This document shows positions 15,084-28,900 of a DNA stretch of 64,000 bases, in pieces. This stretch comes from Sphaeroforma arctica JP610 (taxonomy: Eukaryota), in contig NW_014040153.1 in NCBI RefSeq assembly GCF_001186125.1, positions 1 through 64,000 of the forward strand. Direction: 5' to 3'. Under the pieces are notes generated by a model that was not told the DNA's origin, did no database searches, and worked only from the letters and a program-made list of their open reading frames with translations. Made by a program: the position numbers and the translations under genes. Position 1 is the first letter of the stretch, and each line of letters starts with the position of its first letter.

Positions 15084-15673
15084 TTCCTTGTGGAGCCGAT
15101 GATGTTTCGCTTACACTCTGGAGGACGTTATAACTCCATTAGAAAGTATTGGTAAATAGTAATTTATAACTCCACTTGAAAGTATTGGTAAATGAATTGT
15201 CTCCATGTTTCATTCTGAAGGCTACGTCGATTGTCAGTAGTTCTACCTCTTGCCGACGTTTTTGACCCAGTGAGACGCCACCCAACTTAGCAGTTGAAGT
15301 CGAGGATACGAACATCTTGTTGTTAATGGTGCAAAACAACTCGGTTCCCTAATCTTTATTTTTTCGAAGGCAAATTTGTCGCTTAGTTTTCAGATGTAAG
15401 CGTGGATCTTATACATCTCATTTTATTGTTGGTCAATCGGTGAATTATAAATACTACTCATGCCCAATTGCCCACAATTCTTTTTCTCCATGTCTAGACC
15501 GACTCACACAAGTGTACAAAATATTGAGACGGCTACGCACAAACGCAATTGTTTTAATTTTCGTGCGCCGTGCGGAAACAATTCTGGCTCGCATATTTGT
15601 TTAAAAAGTGTTTAGTGACATTCCCGCTAATACTAAACCACCTCGCTTAGCCAAACTCTCGAGGTAGAAACAG

Positions 15674-15775
15674 AAACCCGTGCACAAGGGGGACTGATGT
15701 TAGATCCACCTGGCGTCCTCAAACCCGTGCACAAGGGGGACTGATGTTAGATCCACCTGGCGTCCTCAAACCCGT
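15674..15775. repeat. Perfect 47-bp tandem duplication
   Basis: AAACCCGTGCACAAGGGGGACTGATGTTAGATCCACCTGGCGTCCTC at 15674 and 15721. Confidence 0.9.
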
Positions 15776-16164
15776 TGCCTTACTAGTGTATCCCCGGCCT
15801 GAACAGCAGTGTTTCATTATAGAGACAGTAATTATTGCTCACTGTGCTCTGAAGGAAAACATAAAATTCGGTAACTGTCATGCGGCATATACAATGCCTT
15901 GCAGAGTATCACACAAGCATCTGAAATGCTTAAAGTCGCTTAAAGAACAGTCAAGCTTCTGAAATGCTTGAAAACAGTTTATGACTGTGTCGGTACGCTT
16001 ACACCTTCGTGAGAGAACGTACGAATGGGCACGTACACAGCAACTGACGCCTAGAAATTTGGTGACATCTGTGCAGTTACTTAGTGTACATAATCCCACA
16101 TTCATACTTTCGTCAATATATGGATAAAACATACACTCCACGAAATAGAATAATTTATTTCTTA

Positions 16165-16680
16165 AGCCCGGAACGTATAATGTGTCTTGCAATCTTGTAT
16201 TCTGTGGACGAGTCCAAATTCCCATCAGCTACACCTCCACACCAATGACTTTCGGATTCTGAGCTCGGTATAAATCGGATTCTGCTACGATTGTCCTTCG
16301 GGAGTATACATGAACATAGATATCTGATGAAATACTAATTTCCAGACCGTGCATACAGAAAAAGGCAGGATTGGCCTATCGAAGTTTAATCTTGTTCTGT
16401 ATGACGTGAATGCGATTCTCATTTTAGCTTTACTCAGCAGACTATGCCACGAAATGTAATGTGTCGGAACGCTTGAGTAGTACCAAGTTGCCCTAGTGCA
16501 CCAGATGTATTTAGCAATAATGTTGTGATAGCCATCACGCATCACGCGTGCTACAGGCGTGAATACAAGTCAAGAGTTTGTCTGCAACGTGATAATCCGT
16601 AAACTATGTCTATAGTAATCAGCAATAACATACACGATGCTATATATTCGGCAATATCTGACTTGCGAAGCAGGGCAAAG
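16165..16680 (+). repeat. Dispersed repeat copy A, a decayed and probably once-coding sequence
   Basis: Aligns by eye with the reverse complement of ~23440-24000. Confidence 0.75.
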
Positions 16681-19600
16681 ATGACACAAGTTCACGGCAT
16701 CATTGTTGCACCTTGCAGAAAAAATCAAACTATTTTTAGTTTGGCCATTTGAAGCCCGTTATTTAAAAAAGATTTGAGTTTTATTCGTGTCACTAGTAAT
16801 TGTTTGATGTATAATAAATTGTGGAAAATTGATAAATCCTCGTAGACTCGGTCTATAAATCATAGTGCGTTGAGAATAGTGGCAGCTTGAACCCCTATTA
16901 TTACCAGATACGAACTAGTAGCCAAAATTCATGATGTAGAATACACAACGTATCCAGACGTTGCTGTTATTTACACTTTACTCGGGACGTTGTTGTTTTT
17001 TCATGTCATTTTTAGATGACCAACTTTTCGGTACAATGTACCTGGCGATTTTTAGTAGTTGTTGCGTGTGCGTTTGCAGTACAGTCTTCACGGGGAAATC
17101 TGTAGAACATTTTGGATTGTTACCATCAACATCGGTCATCGCGATAGGTGCTGCTGTTTCTCTGGGAACAGATGACCATTGTGGTGTCGTTTTTGATTTC
17201 TCCATAGTAGGAGAATTTCTCGACCACTCGTATTTCTTGACTTCAAATTCATACACCGACAAAGATCGTTGGGGTTGTGCGGTGTCATCGAGAACCCGCC
17301 ATTTGTTTGATGATGATATCTGTAGTATACAAGGCGATGAAGACCTTTCATATTTTAAACTTACGCGGCACAGACCGGTGTCCTGCGACTTCTGAAGAGT
17401 TTCTCCCACCAACTCATTTTTATACTTTGGTAGTTGACCTGTTTGCCCTCTACACTGGTGGTCTGGCGAATCAAGCACCATAATTTGTGAAACATAAGTC
17501 ATTGTTGTTTCTGATTTATGAACATGTGACATAATGTGACCACCTGAATCAGGATTATATTCATTAAATAAGTTTTAAGTTTTGTTTTGTTTTTTCTTCC
17601 TTGTATAGTAGTATTATAGTAGCTAACTTTCCATTATACAGTAGTACATTAGAAACTAACGCGAAACCTCGAGGAATGGGAACTCCACTGTGCCAGGCAA
17701 CAACAAAATGAGCGTTTCCCGCAAGGAAGAATTGTATAGCTAATAGAGAGAAAAAAATGTGCATGGATAGAAATTGGAATTTGTTAGTTCAAATCTGAAA
17801 GTCACCCAATTTTTTATCACAGCTCTATATAGACTCTGAGTAAAAATATCCTTTGTAAAATCCAGGAAGACCAGTTGTTACCACATCGCCACATGCGTGA
17901 CATGGCACAGGTGTGGGCACAGACTGTCATATTGTCATTCGTGTGCTAAGGTTCAAATTTGAAATTTCAAAACAGAATACAAACATCCGTCTGTAAAGTA
18001 ACGACCAAAGACCACAGGCCACTGACCAATAGCCACCGACTATTTCTTGACAACATTACATTTTCACTTTATTTTTATTTTAAAAACAAAACACATATTT
18101 ATTTATTTACTTTTTTTACAAAACTAATGAAAAAAAATAGAAAAGAAGGCTAGGACAGCCCTCACTGCCTCATCAGGCTCAGTGACTCACTTTTAGTGCT
18201 CTAAACAGTAAACACTGTAAACTGTAAACCCTCGGTCAACATATTTGATATGAGCGAGCTATGCAGAGTTAAAGTTAAATATCAGAGTAGTACGCAAAAT
18301 ATTAAGTTGTGGGCGCTATATGATTGGCCAATCTATGCTTTTGTTTTTTATCGCCCCCGTCAAAATTGTATTAAACCCTAAATAAATATAATAGTACATA
18401 CCACTCTACAGTCTACACTCTACATACAGTCTACAATTCTGCATACACTCATACAGTATACACTGAGTACACTCTAAATACAGTCTACTCACTAAATATT
18501 GATACACTGTAGAGTGTAAACTGTTAAAAGTTGACTAAAGTGTTGTGGATGTACTGTGCAAAGTGTAAACTGTAAACTGTAAAACTAAACTGACTGTACA
18601 GAGTAGAGTCACTGTTGTGTAGAGTGACTATAGAGTGTAGACACTGTAGACAGCACTAACGAATAGAAAAGTGAAAATGTGTCCTTGCTCAACCTCTGTC
18701 AAACAATCAGAGCCAGACGAGAGACACAGGACTTTGTCTATACGACACCCGTCACTATAAAATTATCAACGCCCGAGCCTGTGTCCAAAGCCGCATCCGG
18801 TCCATTCGCAAATGTAGGGTCGAATTTGGGCCCCAAGTACCGAACTATAAAGCGTGTACACCGCAAATTATATTTTACCGATACAACACCTATCACCTGA
18901 AATAGAATACAACGCCTCAGACTAGAGAGAGCCAATGTTCTGTTAACCCTGTGAGCGTGAATTCGTGGATCCATACTCCTGAATATTATGAAAAAATATC
19001 GCTTCACAGCCTTTTTCTAAAATATGCAAGAGAAGGCTATGTATGATCGTGCACTGGAATTTTGTTAGTCCCGTTCTGTTTGTAAATTTCAGGTCCCAGG
19101 GATTTTGTCCTGTTCTGTGATTTCATTAACCGGCAATTTGTTTTTTAGAACATAAAATCAAAACAATTTCACTCGATTCATATACGTAGGAATATTAGGG
19201 CTCGGGCGTTAATACTTCTATAGTAATGGGTGCCGTGTAGACAAAGTCCTGCTGCCTGCTGGCCTATTTTTTATATTTTTATTTTTTGAAAAGCCCGCAA
19301 ATTGCATTAGCAGGTGTCAAGAGTTGCCAGCACTCTACTCTCTACTACTCCCAACTATATTCATGAGTAATAGCTACTAGACTGCTAGAGTGAATACTTC
19401 CTTTGCTCTGTTTTGGGTGTTTTGACTGATTTCAGTAAATACTCTCCTTACATACATAACGTGTTCCGTTACATAGTCACTCGCAGCAGTCGGTAGACTA
19501 AACGGTAAACAGCTGGCACTTGGCACTTGGCCAGTTGACACTGTGACTCGGCAGCAAACTTCAATTCGTACTTCACTTTTGGTGAAAACGTAGTACGTTC

Positions 19601-19986
19601 TACGTTAACGCTCAGTTTCGAAACCGTTTTCCCATTTTAAAACCCAATTTTGTTTGGATTTACCTTGTATGGCCCAATTAATAGCTGTTATGTTTAGACA
19701 GTAGAAAATCTGTCCAACTATAAACAGCTCAACAAATATTTTGGTGAAATATAGTTGGCGAATTATGCCAAAAATAAGGGCGGGCACAAACCGACCCTAT
19801 AACGTATGAAAACATAGTACGTTTTACTTATCGCATCAATTTGAAAGCGTGTTTACGTATTACGAATTGAAGTCTGCTCAGCAGTCGGCACTGTCGGGAG
19901 TCGGGAGTCGGGAATCGGACTCGGGAGTGTTGGCAGTCGAGACTCGACAATACTGACAGGTGTCGGCATGCCTCGATGGGGTTACC

Positions 19987-20036
<50 letters not shown>

Positions 20037-20836
20037 ATGTATTATTTTTTTAAACAATATTTACATTTTACGTGAGGCCTGGCGGTGGGCAGGCTGTCTA
20101 AACTCCAAGTCTAAACTCTAATGTTTATGCAACTTGTGCCGCCTNNNNNNNNNNNNNNNNNNNNNNNNNNNNNNNNNNNNNNNNNNNNNNNNNNNNNNNN
20201 NNNNNNNNNNNCCCCCCCCCCCCCCCCCCCGCGCCACTGCTGACGGCAGGCCTTGCCACTGTTGGTGTTGATGCCAGACTGCCATCCAATAAAGAATAAA
20301 CGCACTTTGATATTTTAGTTGTTGAGCAAAAGCATACATCGGAGTAATAGAACTATCTTTCTTTTTTCGTATTCAAAATTACTAAAATTTAATCGTTTGT
20401 TTTAAAAACATAGCCTTCTAAACTATACTTTTTTTTTAAACTAAAAACAAAAAAGATATATCTTTTAATAACTGCGCTCACACTCACAGGCCACAGTCTG
20501 AACTCTCACCCAGACTTCTAATAGAAATACGTAAACACGCTGCTCGAATTTTCTCTACACCAATGGGTGGAAGCTAATTCTAAAATTTCAACAAAAAGCA
20601 AAAATAAAATCCCGAGGGCATCGTAGTATCGTACCCCTTATTTACGTTCGGATCGGATTTTAACGGGATTCGAAGAAAAAAAATCTACATCAACTCACTT
20701 TTGCGGTTTTTTAAATGCGCAAGTTTTTTACTGGAATCTAGGAAATATGTTTAACTTCACAGGCTTTGCCATTTTAAAGAAATAGTCCGAAAATTCATCT
20801 TAGGACACAGCTAAAAGACAGATTCGCCCAAAAAAA

Positions 20837-20942
20837 AATCCGAACATAAATCCGAACACTTTAAAAAATCCGAACATATATCCGAACGCTTTAAAAAATC
20901 CGAACATAAATCCGAACCCGTTTAAAAAAATGACAGCCCTTA
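20837..20942. mobile_element. Possible end of a non-autonomous DNA transposon: six ATCCGAAC subterminal repeats followed by an AGGGCTGTC-type terminus
   Basis: Repeat array followed by TGACAGCCCTTA; no matching other end or TSD identified. Confidence 0.35.
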
Positions 20943-21555
20943 AATCCAAAACCCTTTTTATAAAAAATCTTGTTCGTTGATTTCGAAACCCTGAGGCCTG
21001 AGGTGAGTAAGACCATAGCGGCATAGTCTTTGTTTCAATTTAGAAGGCTATGGTATTCAGTTATACAAAAATAAGATTTCAGATTTAGAAGAAACTAAAT
21101 ATTGGAAATAGGATCTAAAATTCCTCCGCCTCAAGTTTTAAATTCCAACTTGTATTGTTTTTTTCCTTGTCGATTTCGTGATTTTCGTCACGTTTCGTGT
21201 ATCGGGCTCAGGCGCTCAGCCCACCCGAGTTACCACTCACCACTGTCACCAGTCACCAGGAAGCACAACGCCCCACAACCATTAGTTATCACATACTATT
21301 TTACTATGTCATTATCCAAAGCTGATGACAGTGATAATTTTGGCTTTTCTAAAGAAAATTCAGGGTATTTACAATGAAGTGTACAGCGTCATACATCGTA
21401 AAAAAAATCACTGCTGTACTTTAATATCAGCCTTCTGACGCCCCAATTATATCAAAGACACCGCACGACTACTACGATTCCCAAACATGCTAGTGCAACT
21501 ATCCAAGCTATCCGAATCTAGACACAAAGGGATAATTCTTACCATCGTGTACTCG

Positions 21556-21587
<32 letters not shown>

Positions 21588-23439
21588 GGAAGCTTCGTCA
21601 AAATCTTACAATCAGTAACATTACTGCTATTACAATGTGGGACCTTCACATCTTATTGAAGAACAATACTCTTCCTGTTCTTATCATATCGCTAAGCCAA
21701 TCGACATTGCCGAAGCATTCACATACGTGCACAACCTATCAGAATTTGGTCCCACCGTTGTTGTAAACTATAGGTAGACGCAAAGGGGGGGTATTGAGGT
21801 ACACTGAGTACACTCATATCACATTCAAACCCAAACAAGGTTTTCATGTCCAAACTTTGTTTTACACAAATCCGTGACAATCGAATTGGCTTGAATATTA
21901 CCAAAAACTATTCTCACTCTCCGCACAAAACATATTATAACTTATATTACTTTGCTATATTCATTTTTTCAGTTCTTCTCGTGGTCAAAATGACAAAATA
22001 GTATTTTAAAGAACGTCAGTACCTGGAAGTCGGATATTTAGTAGTGAGATGACTAGAGCGGTGTCCTTAGTGAGTTCCATTGTAGCTTTACATTGGGTAG
22101 ATATGGAGTGAATCCATGAAATTGGCATCGAGTTGGCTTTGAATTGGCTTCAAAATTGAATTGTTTTGTCAGTCATCAGTTTTGTCGCTACCCTGGTTTC
22201 TCATATTGACTACAGCAGCGTAGCTTTGTGTTGGCTTGGCATGTCCTCATAGGCCATGCCTCGTGGTGCCTTTTTGTTCGCGATAATTATTTCACAGTTG
22301 GTCAGTACTCAGTGGTCATAAAATTTTACATATGTATTCATACTTTTATGATGTTTACACATCGTGGAAGTTAAAACCCCCCTTTATAGATCAATGAAAA
22401 AGCTTCACGTCTTTACCTATTGTAGCACACACAAAATCGACTTTCCAAGACTCCAAATCTCTATTGAGAGATGTATAGGGCATAGCCGCAAGGCTCATAC
22501 TACAATATGTAGTCCTGACCAATATCCATTACCTACAGACTTTTTATTAAAGAAATTGCTTAATTTTCAGAAGGCTATGAAAAATTATTGTATCTATGTT
22601 CAGTACATTTTGACTGTATTTATGTATTCAGTATTGTGTACATATTTGATTTTGTCTTCATTACGTCATGGTATTACAGTATATTATTATTTTTTAAATA
22701 CGTTCCAAGCTCAACGCTATGTACTAAATAAATATTCACATAAATGTAACGGAATCTTTTCTGCACGTTTTGTTATTTGTTTTTATAAAAAAAAGGCCCC
22801 GGCTGAAAATCGGACACAATAGGTGGGATGCCCAACTTCCCAATTCCCATACGGCCACACATCATGTGTCAACTGTCAACTGTCAAGGTGCCATAAAGCG
22901 CATAACAAGAAAGAGGAGGACCCTTTTTAAAAGAAGGCATAGCATCAGATTCAGAGATTTCAGACTTTCGGAATCGCCCGGGGAGTATGTACTGTGTTAG
23001 TCGAGAGTTGAGAGCCGAGACTATAAAAGAGTAAAGGCTTGAGAGCTACATACATCACGTGTCGACTGTCAAGTGTCAAGTGTTCACCAATAACCATAAA
23101 GCATACAACCAGAAAAGAGGAGGACTCTTTTTTAAGACCCCCAGAATGTTGGGTTTGGCAGTGGGGTATTAATTGTAGACATAGCAGCGGCGTATGCGAG
23201 ACGGAGAATGCACGCCGAATGTTTAGTTATATACATAAATAGTCTACTACTCTCTCTCTTTGTAGAGAAGCTTTATATAATAGTTGTATTTTCTTACAAA
23301 AAGAACAAAATATAAACAAAATAAACGGATACAAATCTAAAACAAAACATATGTATGTACATCAGATCGGTCAGACTCGGTGAGTCAGTCCCCAGTCCCC
23401 ACTCCTCACTGGGCCGACAATGACCGACGATTTGCTTTT

Positions 23440-24000
23440 CTTCAGCTTCGCAAGGCGTATATTGCCGAATACTTCGCATCGTTCAAATTATTGCTGGTTA
23501 CAATAGATATGGTTTGCGGATTATATGACGCCAGGTTGCAAATATACTTTTGGCTTGCATTTATGTCTGTAGCACGCGAGTTGTGTGGTGGCTATCACTT
23601 CATTGTGCATCTCGGCAGCTTAAATCCTTATTCAATACATTTGGTGTATTTGGGAAGCTACAAAAGGGATCCGACACATTACGATTTAAGGCATAGCATC
23701 TTTAATGAGAATCGCATTCACGACATATAGAAACAGTAATTTCGATTGGCTAATCTTGGCTTTTTCTGTACGTTCTTACTTCAGCTCAAGATGGATTCAT
23801 GACAATAGCACGCACGATCTCGAAAATAGTATTTCATCAGATATGTATGTTCATGCATTCTCCCGAAGAACAATCCTAGCAGAATCCGAGGTATACAGAG
23901 CTCAGATCCGAAAATCATTGGTGTAGAGTTGCAGCGGATGGGGCTTTAGACTCGCCCACATAATTCAAGATTGCAAGACATATATTATACGTTCCGGGCT
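23440..24000 (-). repeat. Dispersed repeat copy B, inverted relative to copy A
   Basis: For example, ATTGCAAGACATATATTATACGTTCCGGG near 23970 is the near reverse complement of CCCGGAACGTATAATGTGTCTTGCAAT at 16167. Confidence 0.75.
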
Positions 24001-25942
24001 CTAAACAAGCATAAGTCGAGTAGAAATGTATGTGAAGCACGTGGTTCGAACATACAGAGCATATTGTCAACAATTCTTTCGAGTTTGACAAGCACACCAT
24101 TCAACCATCCGTCTAACCTAAAAGCCTGCCTGCCAGCTCCTCCTTATTTATTCGCTTATCCGCAGCATGTGTCCCAAATAAAGAAGTACGAATATTCAGT
24201 ACGCTTGTATCCAGTTGTTGTATTTGATATAACACTAAGTTCTGCCATTGACATCTATAAAAAAAATAAAGGAGATAGAAGGCTATGCTTCTGTGGGCAT
24301 TTTCTTATTTCTGAATACATAAATCAACAAAGTGTTGTTTTTTAAATACCGGGATAAAGGGAGGTTAGAGCGTTGTGTATATACTAGAAGACTGGAATTG
24401 CTGAAAAGACTATGAAGACTCTTTGAGTCGTATCCCAGTATGGTAGCTTACTCTGTGTGTGCGTGTGTGTGTGTCTCTCTCTCTCTCTCGCTACTACTAT
24501 ATACTAGTCGACATTGTAAGGGTACGTGTGTGACAGATACTGATAGTGTAAGAAGGAAAGTCACTGCAAAGTGAAACACTGAAAACGATCGGTGACACCC
24601 TAACAGGTCCCAATTAGCTCGTCATTATCGATTATCAACAAAAGATAACAATAAAAAACACGCACAGGCCACAGCACCACAGCACTAATATATAGTGAAT
24701 ACTACTTAATTAAAAGCTCAAAAAATGAACAAAGAGTATACTGTACAAAGCTATATCACGCAAAAGAACAGAAATTACTTCTATTATATATTACACAAAG
24801 AATATAAGATACTTTTATTATATAGTATAAGAGTCGACCTGACTTTTGAAAGGCTGACAATCCCAAAGGCCGCAACTTGAAGCCAGTGTTCTGGTGCTAA
24901 TATATTTCCAAATATGTAGCGTGTGCGTGGATTCCGCTTACAGGTAAGAACCAAATGGCGAACGAAAGTGAATAAGTAACATGCTGATGCCATAAACTCT
25001 TAAAGTAACAACACAATGTGAACTAGTTGTTTAGACCCAAAAAAGAAGGCAGGTGAAAGGCCTTGGGCCCAGTAAAAATCGTAGGCAACGAACGAGCATT
25101 TATTTATTCTTATATATTGTTTTATACTTTATAACCTGTGTTTTCAAGCTGTGACTTTAAGCTGTGACTAGATAACTGTTTATGTAAATATTTGTACAGC
25201 GTGAGTGCAAAGGCATCCTCAATTCCACATCCAAATGAGGACCGAAGAATGATTTAAAATTACATGTTAAAAAAAATTAGCGCCTCAAAGTGGCAAAAAA
25301 TGTACACTGTCTGACTGATCTTAAAACACGAAATGTGGTTAAAAAAAAACAGGTCCTACCTCGGCGATAAACGCCTGCTGCGATCGATCATGTCTTGTAT
25401 GTCTTTTTAAAAATACTGATGTTCTAAATTATTTTCAGTATAATAGAACGCTCATCATTTATATCGGTAATTTAATCATCGCCCAGGCCGATGTTTAATT
25501 TCAACTTATATTTTACTCATCGTTATTCTTGTCTAAATTGATGCAGCAAGCCATTTAAATTGATACAGGAAGCCATTCGCTTCAATGATTTATTATCATT
25601 TGTGATTGTGAGGGTAGACAACTTGTCTATCGCCTAAACATCTCACATCTAGAGTTTTATGCTTTAAATGCTGCACAGGAAGTGGAGAACACACCAGCGA
25701 AATTCTGGTGCTACTATCAAACCTAATTAAATGTGACTAAAAATAATAGTGAATCCAGTATTATCTTCTATCAGCTCGGTGCTTCTACAAATATTCACGT
25801 ATATCATCCAAATGTGAACTATAACTTGCGTTTTGACACGACCTAGTCATTCCTGCGTGCGCCAAACGTCTTCTTGTAACTATGACTGTGGCCGTCATGG
25901 GAGTATTGCAAGGGGTTCACCCTCATAACACAGCGGGACCAT

Positions 25943-28900
25943 TTACCTGCCGATTAGGGGAGGTGATTGAGCAACCTCTTGCTTACGCGGGATAACACCT
26001 CCGGGTAAGGGGAGCGTGGTCCAGCCCGTCAAGTCCAAATCGATCTGTCGAGCGGCTTGGCGTCCCTCACTGATAGCCCACACAATGAGTGATTGACCGC
26101 GTCGACAATCGCCGGCAGCATATAACTTGTCGACGGATGTTGAGTATCGACCAGCGGGTGTCTTAATATTGGATCTGCAATCGGATTTTAAATGTTTAGT
26201 TCATATTTTGGAAAACGGGTATATATTAACGAGCAGAAATCATCAAACCCGATATGCAGCAAATACATAACCGAAAGAGCAATACGAGCACACACCGGAC
26301 AATAATACATACCGGGCATCAACGTCAGTGCCAAGTGCATCCTTCAGCGTAGCCTCAGGTCCCAAGAAACCCATCGCGATAAACACTAGATCGCACTCGT
26401 ACGTTTCAAGGGAATCCGGTACCTCAGCCATCTTCCACGCACCCTTGTCGTCCTTAGTCCACTCCACCTTTACGGTGGTCACACCCTTGAGGTTACCCTC
26501 TCCATCACCCACAAACTCCTTGGCCATGATGTTGAACACACGGGGATCACGTGCAAACTTGGTTTCCACCTCAGAGTGCCCGTAGTCCACTCGGAAGATT
26601 CGGGGCCACGTAGGCCACGGGTTCTCGTCGGCACGCGAGGGTGGGGGTGGGGGTAGGATCTCGAAGTTGGTCACTCCAGTGGCACCCATACGTACACTCG
26701 TACCGATGCAATCATTGCCAGTGTCACCTCCACCGATGACCACTACCTTCTTTCCCTTCGCACTAATGGTCCAGTCCAGATCAGTCTTGGTTGAGTTCTG
26801 TGGTGGTTTTTAAAAAAAATGAGGTAAAATCCAGAGAGGGATGGCCAGGTGTTAAATTATGGACTATGATGGAGGACACTGTAGTATCTCTTATATCGGG
26901 CTCCGAAGCAGAAATGAATTTTCTTTTTACAGCTGAAAACTGAGCACAAAACATACCAGATCATCAATACCAGATCATCAAATCGTAAAACTAAAACCGT
27001 AAACCATGCGTGGTATATACACTACAATAAGACTCGATAGGCTCCCAAAAACAACAGCTATATCTATTCGCACTCACGCTCAGACAGGAGGTCAAGGTGA
27101 AGACTCAACACATACATATATACTCGACAAACTTCGAATATCCGACACACACCCAAAACGTGACACAGACATACCTCGTCCATGAGTTTCTTGGTGGTTG
27201 GCGTCAGGAAGTCCATGGCAAAATGAACACCGTTCAGTTCGCGTCCCGGGATGGGCAGATCTCGGGGCCACGTGGCACCCACAGTCAGCAACATGGCGTC
27301 TGAAGACGTCAACAGCTCCTTCGCGTCCACGTTCTTACCGATCTCGCAGTTAGTCTTGAAGGTGATGCCCTCAGCGGCCAGCAGGTCCACACGTCTCTGC
27401 ACGGTCGCCTTCTCCAGCTTCATGTTGGGAATACCATACTGCAGCAGACCACCGACCCGGTCCTGTCTCTCGTACACGGTGACGGTGTGTCCCATCTTGT
27501 TCAGACAATCGGCCGCAGCCATACCAGCGGGACCTCCACCCACAATAGTCACCTTACGCCCAGTGCGCACCTTGGGGATCTGAGGCTTGATCCATCCCAT
27601 CTCGAAACCTCGGTCGATAATGGCACACTCAATACTCTTGATGGCTACGGCGGGCTCGTTGATGCCAAGCACACACGCGCCTGTCAGTCAGGGGGGAAGT
27701 AGATAAAATCATGAGATGAGATGAGACAATGGTACATCCATACATTTCTGATTAACGCAATGAATACGCTGTACCACCAATTCGTCCCACCATTACACGT
27801 AAGTACCAACGGACAGACCAGCTGTGCGTATCAGTACACTTGAAATTGCTAACCAGCAAAAACACACCGTTAGTCGCTACACGCGACATACACGCGATAA
27901 TTACGTACCTTCACAAGGGGCGGGACAGACCCGTCCAGTGAACTCCGGGAAGTTGTTGGTGAGCAGAAGACGCTCTAGCGCCTCCTCCCATCGGTTCTTG
28001 TACACAAGATCGTTCCATTGGGGAATGACATTGCCCAGGGGACATCCAGTATCTGACTGACAGAATGGTACACCGCAGTCCATGCAGCGAGCACCCTGGA
28101 TGTTCAACTCGTTCTCCTTGAGACCCACACGGATCTCTTTGAAGTCCTTGATACGCTTATCGGGTGCACGGTAGCCGTCGGGTTTGCGCTTGTACTTCTG
28201 GAAACCACGCAGCTTGTCGAGCTTAGCCAGTCTGTGAATGTTGGGTGCAAGTGAGACGCCAGATGTTAGGAAGAGACGAGTGCAAGCTTTGTCATAAAAT
28301 TTGATGATATACTCATACTAACATAAAACCACCGGGAATCTTCAACAACGGTACTTTTCGATAGACACTGGCCAAACGGCCAAGCCGTATTCAAAACACA
28401 TACGCTTGTACAAAGCTGAACAACAAGACATACCGTGCGCGCTTCTTGTCCTCGCTCTCATTGTCGACAATGAAGTCCTCGATATCTTCAGTGCCAGCGT
28501 CCTTGATCTCCTCCACCTTCTTTAGTGTCTCCACATCAGCTACAGCGGTGGCCTCGGCCGCAGACTTAGCAGCAGCTAGAGCCGCCTTGTAGTCGTGGGG
28601 GAACACCTTGACGAATTTGGCGGGGCTGTTGGCCCAATCGTCCAACAGACGCTGGGCGACTGTTCGCGTATGCGTATGAGTGACAAATAAGTGGAAAGTT
28701 AGTGGATATCATTTTTGCTCGCTTTAAGTATGTAAACTCGAGACTTATTCCGAACCCCTTTTGCGTTAGTAAGGATAAAGCACTGGGGGGGTACCATGCA
28801 CTGACTGAATTGAAAAGCCACAAACGAGAACACTACAAACATGCCATACCATCACTGCCGGTGTACTTAAGGTGCTTCTGCAGTACTCCCTGTAGGAATT

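Noticed and set aside
16978..17532. 184-aa minus-strand ORF
   Set aside because: No recognisable domain or splice context; not called as a gene
20409..21052. MITE bounded by CATAGCCTTCT...AGAAGGCTATG
   Set aside because: The flanks show no target-site duplication; kept only as part of the motif finding
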